A DNA stretch of 64,000 bases from a virus. Position numbers and translations under genes: made by a program. The DNA lies in the IMG/VR virus record IMGVR_UViG_3300031466_000110, one strand, 5' to 3'. Under the pieces are notes generated by a model. The model saw nothing but the letters and a program-made list of their open reading frames with translations, ran no database searches and was not told the DNA's origin. This document shows, in pieces, positions 59,014 to 64,000 of the stretch; positions within the stretch are counted from its first letter, which is position 1, and every line of letters starts with the position of its first letter.

Positions 59014-59451
59014 TTACGGAGCAACCGTATTGATGTCATACCGATCTTGTGTCGGATTATAATGCACATAGAATTTTTGATTGGCTTGCGCTGGAGTCGT
59101 AGCAAGACGCGGCATAACCTCGCGCCATACCAAATCCAACTCCGCCCGATATTCACTACCAATCTCCACTACCGTATTCCCAACCGCATAACGCTTCGGA
59201 GCTGGAATCGAGATGTCTTGAATTTGCGTCATAATAAGAACTTCCGCAAAGCTCAACTCCCCGCGATAATTAGTCTCCTCCACATACCCCAAAGCTGTTG
59301 GGGCAGTTTTATCGGTAATGGATTCCTGAGAAATACGAACACTATCATAATACTCAGGAAGTACCAACTCTAACCCGATAGTAGAAAACGCCGCGAATAA
59401 CACAACAAAGACTAGAAAATCAGTAATATCATCTATGAAGTTCATCGTCAC
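59014..59451 (-). CDS. Pilin/pseudopilin-like protein
   Basis: N-terminal TM; LSFAEVL motif. Confidence 0.55.
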   Translation of the reverse strand: MTMNFIDDITDFLVFVVLFAAFSTIGLELVLPEYYDSVRISQESITDKTAPTALGYVEETNYRGELSFAEVLIMTQIQDISIPAPKRYAVGNTVVEIGSEYRAELDLVWREVMPRLATTPAQANQKFYVHYNPTQDRYDINTVAP

Positions 59452-59933
59452 TCAACTCCATACGTGTTCTTAAAATTATTGGCAGTGGCGGCAAAAGCAC
59501 AAGTACAGAAACCTGTTTCCCACATACAATCTTCATCGTGAATGATCACGTAGAAGTTGCCGTTGATCACCTTACCAAACTCCAACTGCACTCTACCCCC
59601 AAGATCGTCCATCAAATCAGTAGGAGATACCTGAAGATCAACAATACGACCAGTCCTCGCATTGACAGAAGTAGTAATGGTACCAGAGTAGGTCGTCAAA
59701 ATCGAATACGCAGTCGCGGCGGGCATTTCCATGTCCAGTTCACCAAGGGCGATGTCCTTGATGTACCCATCAGCGATAGCGTTATGAATCGAACCAAACA
59801 GCGACATCGATTCATACTTCACCTGATTCCCGATACTTACCGTGAAGATAATAATACTGATCAAAGCCGCCGCCGCAACCACCGATATCGCCAACCAAAG
59901 CGATTTATTCAAACCTTCATCCATGAAGGTCAC
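59448..59933 (-). CDS. Pilin/pseudopilin-like protein
   Basis: MDEGL..S..LA hydrophobic N-terminus similar to 61115-61792. Confidence 0.6.
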   Translation of the reverse strand: MTFMDEGLNKSLWLAISVVAAAALISIIIFTVSIGNQVKYESMSLFGSIHNAIADGYIKDIALGELDMEMPAATAYSILTTYSGTITTSVNARTGRIVDLQVSPTDLMDDLGGRVQLEFGKVINGNFYVIIHDEDCMWETGFCTCAFAATANNFKNTYGVE

Positions 59934-59938
59934 CTCCC

Positions 59939-60370
59939 TTAGTTAACCAAATCAAAAACAATCCCCGTAACCTCATTTGCCATACCCCGACTCAAGCGAG
60001 CGCGATACAAGGTATCCGTGAGATAGGGGCGCAAATAATCTTTCGTCCACATCGTAGCATTCGAGTCCGGGGTTAAATTCAAATACACTTTTGAACTTCC
60101 GCTATAATACTGAATACTAAGAGGAAGTACCCGATTGTACCGAATAACCGCCAAATAGACATCGTCCGCTGTAACATAGATATTCTCGTAACTAAGAATC
60201 TCACGTTGTTGCTGAATGACTTGTGTCGTCACCCGTTTATTATCAATGTCAACAAGCACGCCCCGTCCTGCATACCCCAAAACTCCTCCCAAAGCTAAAA
60301 GAGAAGCTGTAAGTCCAAGGGAAACAAGCATCCTCGAAAACCACCCGATTTCCGATTCCACTACCCCCAC
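59939..60370 (-). CDS. Pilin/pseudopilin-like protein
   Basis: N-terminal TM; YEN.YVTADDV..AV; G.V.GIVF at the end. Confidence 0.6.
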   Translation of the reverse strand: MGVVESEIGWFSRMLVSLGLTASLLALGGVLGYAGRGVLVDIDNKRVTTQVIQQQREILSYENIYVTADDVYLAVIRYNRVLPLSIQYYSGSSKVYLNLTPDSNATMWTKDYLRPYLTDTLYRARLSRGMANEVTGIVFDLVN

Positions 60371-60460
60371 CTCCCTGCTGTTATGAATTTACACAAAAAG
60401 CAACGTAACCGTTATAAACACGAACGGAAACAGGATAAGAAACTTTCAAAGTCTTAAATT

Positions 60461-61000
60461 TTAGTTAGTCCTTGTCCCGTCATAAAAGAAGACAATACCA
60501 GAAACATTGGAGTACACCCCGTCCTGCCGCCACGACGGAGTGACATCCCGCAAGGATACCCCACCATATACCAGTACCGCTTTATAACGCTTCGTGGTTG
60601 GGAACCACTGTCGCAGTTTCTCGGTCTTCACAAGGTCAGGACAATTCCGGGCGCGGGTAACATCAATCTCATAGTACCCATTCGACACATAGTTGGGAGG
60701 AACCGTACACGCCGCACTCACCGAAAGGGATGGATCATTTACCGCGATCCGTACATTAGTGTCATAATACTGACGAATCGCCACAACAACGTCTTCCCCA
60801 TAAAGTGTTTCCGTATGATAGAGGTTAAACTCATACATATCCTGCACGGCACGTTTAGCAAAGATCTCATTGTTGCGGATATTGGCGATATTTGAACGCT
60901 CCATCAGCGCAAATGAGATAAACACTAATAACCCCGCCAATAACGACAAGCTAACCGCGATGTAGGCGGTACCTTTAATCTCGTCATGCAAAGCTCTCAC
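60461..61000 (-). CDS. Pilin/pseudopilin-like protein
   Basis: N-terminal TM; Y....LYGEDVV.AI; V.GIVF at the end. Confidence 0.6.
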   Translation of the reverse strand: MRALHDEIKGTAYIAVSLSLLAGLLVFISFALMERSNIANIRNNEIFAKRAVQDMYEFNLYHTETLYGEDVVVAIRQYYDTNVRIAVNDPSLSVSAACTVPPNYVSNGYYEIDVTRARNCPDLVKTEKLRQWFPTTKRYKAVLVYGGVSLRDVTPSWRQDGVYSNVSGIVFFYDGTRTN

Positions 61001-61048
61001 TCCTTAACCGACCAGACTTAGACGCTGAGTATAAACTTCCGTAAAGAA

Positions 61049-61082
61049 AAAGGCTTGCACATCGCGAAATGTGCAAGCCTTT
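61049..61082 (-). terminator. Terminator after the putative major pilin
   Basis: 14-bp stem AAAGGCTTGCACAT/ATGTGCAAGCCTTT plus T-run. Confidence 0.8.
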
Positions 61083-61114
61083 CTCGAAGGAAGCCCTGTG
61101 TTACAGGCTTTTCA

Positions 61115-61792
61115 TTACAGTTGACGCAGAACGATACCGACATACGCGCCGGAAGCGTCTTTGATGAGGTTCGCTTGGAACTTCGTCGTTGCCGGGATGT
61201 ACTCCGAGTTACCGGAACGGTTAACCCCGCCAATCGAGTTGTCATAGAAAATGTTCCCTTGAACCGTCTGGAAGCCCGTGGTATGCAGGAATACCCCATT
61301 TTCGCTCGTCATCGTGATGACCGGGTTGATAGCTCCACCACGTTGACCTCCAGAGATCGCCGTAACCGAAGTTGCAGGCCAGCCAGCCGCATTCGTCGGA
61401 GCGGTGGTAATGTCCGTGCCATCAGCCGAGAGAATCGCGTTGTAGTTGATATAGTTTTGCCCACCAGCTTCAACAATGAACGCCACCGGATGGTCATTCG
61501 ACTGAGCGATCGGGAAGTCATTGGCAAACGCCTTCGTCGAAATCAAGATCGCATAAGGTTTACCTTCAAACGACTTCAGAGCCGACAGAACTTGGTTCCC
61601 AGTAACGACCTTCTGGTCGAAATCTTGGAACACCTGCGTCGAAACGGTGTTCAGCGAGGACGCCAAGTCCGCCGAACCCTCATTGGCTTGGTTCTTCGTA
61701 ACAACGAAAATACCAAAAGCCAGTGCGATCAGTGCCGCAACGATAACCAGCACGACCGCGATATTACTGCCTTTTGCTACTCCATCATCCAT
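61115..61792 (-). CDS. Putative major pilin-like protein
   Basis: N-terminal TM, FDQKVVTGNQVLSAL, G.YVGIV; own terminator and strongly biased codon usage. Confidence 0.6.
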   Translation of the reverse strand: MDDGVAKGSNIAVVLVIVAALIALAFGIFVVTKNQANEGSADLASSLNTVSTQVFQDFDQKVVTGNQVLSALKSFEGKPYAILISTKAFANDFPIAQSNDHPVAFIVEAGGQNYINYNAILSADGTDITTAPTNAAGWPATSVTAISGGQRGGAINPVITMTSENGVFLHTTGFQTVQGNIFYDNSIGGVNRSGNSEYIPATTKFQANLIKDASGAYVGIVLRQL

Positions 61793-62029
61793 TGTTCTTA
61801 TCCCTCCGTCATTTTATTTTGGATTTTGAACGATGCCCAGATTATGCGACAGTCAGACCAATCAAAAATTGTTCTGCAGAAATACCCCCTTCCAAGGAAG
61901 CTAACCCTTGTCGCCCTTACCATGATGCGTGTCACCATCGGTTCGTAAGATCTCTATCGTAGAAAGCGAAGCCTTCAATGATGGACATACTTACTCACGA
62001 TAGAAAACCGAACCAATCGCTTAAATACA

Positions 62030-62059
62030 AAAACAACTCGGCGTAGGTCGAGTTGTTTT
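62030..62059 (-). terminator. Hairpin/terminator after the TadB/C-like gene
   Basis: AAAACAACTCG/CGAGTTGTTTT. Confidence 0.65.
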
Positions 62060-62170
62060 CTGAAAAAGCTCTATTTTTCTAAAAGAAGAAGTTTGCGTAC
62101 ACAAATAAGACACAATTTCCTATCTCGAAGCAGTACAACAGGCATAAATAAAGGGCAAAGCGATAGAGCT

Positions 62171-64000
62171 TTACCCCAGCGTCTTGAACGCACCCATAAG
62201 CTCCAATGCCCCCAGATAACCGATAGGGAACAGGAATACCCCTACTATCATCATGCCCAGCGGAATCAACGTTAACTTACCAGCCATTCTCCGCTTCTTC
62301 ATGATCGCGGCTTGTGTCGTCATTTCCCGCATCTTGACCACGTGTTCGCGCTCCAAAAGCAAAGACTCAAACGCCTCTCGAATGGACAACTCATTGATCG
62401 TAAGTTTAAGCTTTCCAAGGAAACGCTTAAACTCATAAATTGGCGTTTTCGACTGCAAACGACTGATCTCCAACTCCGGATTAGATGGATAACAAAGCGC
62501 CGCGTAGACAAACATGTCTTTATGAATACGACTATTACGGGCAAACTGATGCAGAAGCCCAAGGGTATCCGTATTGGTGTTCATAAGAATGGACGTAAGC
62601 GTCTGCAGTTGCAAGAAATCTTCCTGAGCCTCAGTTGCCGCGATATCCCGACGCATTTTGAGTGAACGATTCGGTGCAAACCAACCGACTACCCCCGTCG
62701 CATAAGCGATCAAGAGATAGTACCAATGGAAATACGCGTTCTCAAGGTTCTTTGCCTTTGACTTCATCCGAGAAACCTGCTCATACACCTGCAAATCCGT
62801 CAGAAGCGGGAGATGGCTCCGAACAAGTTGCGCGATTTGGTCGTCATTATAGGCTTTCGGGTTTTGCAGATAAATGGCGTCCATCTCTTTCATTTTTTCG
62901 CGGTCAAAAGCCGGAGTATTATCGGATGCGATAAGCGAAAGCTGTTGCGTACTATGCCGCAAGAAGTCCTTGCTGATGCTAACCGCCAAAATGATCGTCA
63001 TAATCGATAGAAGGATCGAAAAACCCGCGAGTAAGATCTTCTTCGCGTAAAAGTGTTCGACGGTCATTTTGGAAAGTGCGGATTTCAACTTCCGTTCCAA
63101 CAACACCCGCTTTTTGTTCTTCGGCGTGAGCGTGTAAACAAAACGATAGAAGCGACGATTCTCCAACAAACGTGCAACAAAAGGAGAACGGTCATCCTCT
63201 TTCATTGGAATATTACAGTTGATTCGAGAAACGACCGTATAGCAAAGAATCGAAGCAAAAACAACCGCCGTTTGAATAACTTGACCAATAATCCCATTAT
63301 AAACGAGGGCTACCCCCGGCATCGTGGAGGTCAAGAACATGGTACAAAGCGGTACCGCTGGAATAACTGCCAACGGCATGTACTCGATATATCCAAACTT
63401 GAGTTTGCGGAAGGTAATCCGCTGGATTTCCGAGTTAACATCTCCAATCAAGAGCGTAATGGCTTGCGAAAAGTTGGAGCGCCCCAACTCGTCCGTCTCA
63501 TCGCCATCATTATTAATGCTAAAACAGATCGACGCGAACGTTTGAAGTGGACGAAACGGAGTAGACTCAATAAACTCCTGCAAACGAATCTCTCCGTTCG
63601 TTCCCGTCAAGATATTTGAAATGGTTTCCATCGGACGCTTAATAATGTCAGGGTACTCGGCTTCATTCAGCGCATCTACAACACTGTTGGTACGGGAATA
63701 TTCCTGCCGCACCGCATCAAGAGCATGCGCGGTTGCCACCAAAACCCTGAGATATATCCCATCAAGGCGTTTATCAATAACGATGTTGCTCAAGAAGATA
63801 GTGAAACCTACCCCAATCAGGATGATCAGGATGTTGTTAAACAAAAGGATCATGACTACCGCCAAAACAATACTGCTACCCCACGACCACAGGAAGTATT
63901 TCACCGACTCACATCGAAGTTCATCCTTCCGATAAATCGACAGGTTCGCCAGCTTTTGCTGAATACGCAGATAATAGCGATAAGTCAAGAAAAACCGAGA
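62171..64000 (-). CDS. TadB/TadC (T2SS-F)-like inner-membrane platform protein; 5' end runs off the window edge
   Basis: Frame open to the edge; two T2SSF-like helical domains with alternating TM pairs; adjacent to the pilin-like genes. Confidence 0.65.
   Translation of the reverse strand, partial: SRFFLTYRYYLRIQQKLANLSIYRKDELRCESVKYFLWSWGSSIVLAVVMILLFNNILIILIGVGFTIFLSNIVIDKRLDGIYLRVLVATAHALDAVRQEYSRTNSVVDALNEAEYPDIIKRPMETISNILTGTNGEIRLQEFIESTPFRPLQTFASICFSINNDGDETDELGRSNFSQAITLLIGDVNSEIQRITFRKLKFGYIEYMPLAVIPAVPLCTMFLTSTMPGVALVYNGIIGQVIQTAVVFASILCYTVVSRINCNIPMKEDDRSPFVARLLENRRFYRFVYTLTPKNKKRVLLERKLKSALSKMTVEHFYAKKILLAGFSILLSIMTIILAVSISKDFLRHSTQQLSLIASDNTPAFDREKMKEMDAIYLQNPKAYNDDQIAQLVRSHLPLLTDLQVYEQVSRMKSKAKNLENAYFHWYYLLIAYATGVVGWFAPNRSLKMRRDIAATEAQEDFLQLQTLTSILMNTNTDTLGLLHQFARNSRIHKDMFVYAALCYPSNPELEISRLQSKTPIYEFKRFLGKLKLTINELSIREAFESLLLEREHVVKMREMTTQAAIMKKRRMAGKLTLIPLGMMIVGVFLFPIGYLGALELMGAFKTLG

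Noticed and set aside
319-63935. Many long plus-strand ORFs (e.g. 43177-45279, 5877-7136, 50455-51816)
   Set aside because: They are antisense shadows of motif-bearing minus-strand genes, have R/H/L-rich unnatural composition and lack RBSs.
1-64000. Definite assignment as a phage genome
   Set aside because: No virion or packaging genes were recognised in this window; phage versus plasmid cannot be settled here.

Overview
Gene-dense 64-kb segment of a large extrachromosomal element (megaplasmid or jumbo-phage-like) of a Bacillota host, probably Paenibacillus/Brevibacillus-like, judging by GGAGG RBSs, a class B sortase, a MecA domain and a Cu-amine-oxidase stalk domain. Every credible gene is on the minus strand; the long plus-strand ORFs are antisense shadows. 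No capsid, terminase, tail, rRNA or tRNA gene was recognised. The left ~37 kb is a self-contained replication/repair cluster: FtsK/VirD4-like ATPase, Fpg/MutM, split SbcC/Rad50 plus SbcD/Mre11, beta-clamp-like protein, gp32-like SSB, primase, RecD2 helicase, YhaM-like HD nuclease, family A DNA polymerase, clamp-loader delta-like protein and a ligase C-terminal half. Anti-restriction functions are also present (ArdC, two adenine MTases). The right part encodes a WGR-PARP, glucosaminidase, bactofilin, ParB-HNH, NERD, a CAP-domain surface protein, CcdA/thioredoxin and a Tad-like pilus cluster. The most striking item is an atypical reverse transcriptase (YSDD; lacks retron, DGR and group II intron signatures). 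It is followed directly by a ~450-bp non-coding array of three RNA-like units that share one pseudoknotted fold with covarying stems and variable central hairpins, and it is flanked by co-oriented unknown genes: a candidate undescribed RT/ncRNA-array system. A strongly strand-biased, over-represented hexamer (GGGGTA on the coding strand) occurs throughout the window. All family assignments come from motif recognition by eye; no database search was run.
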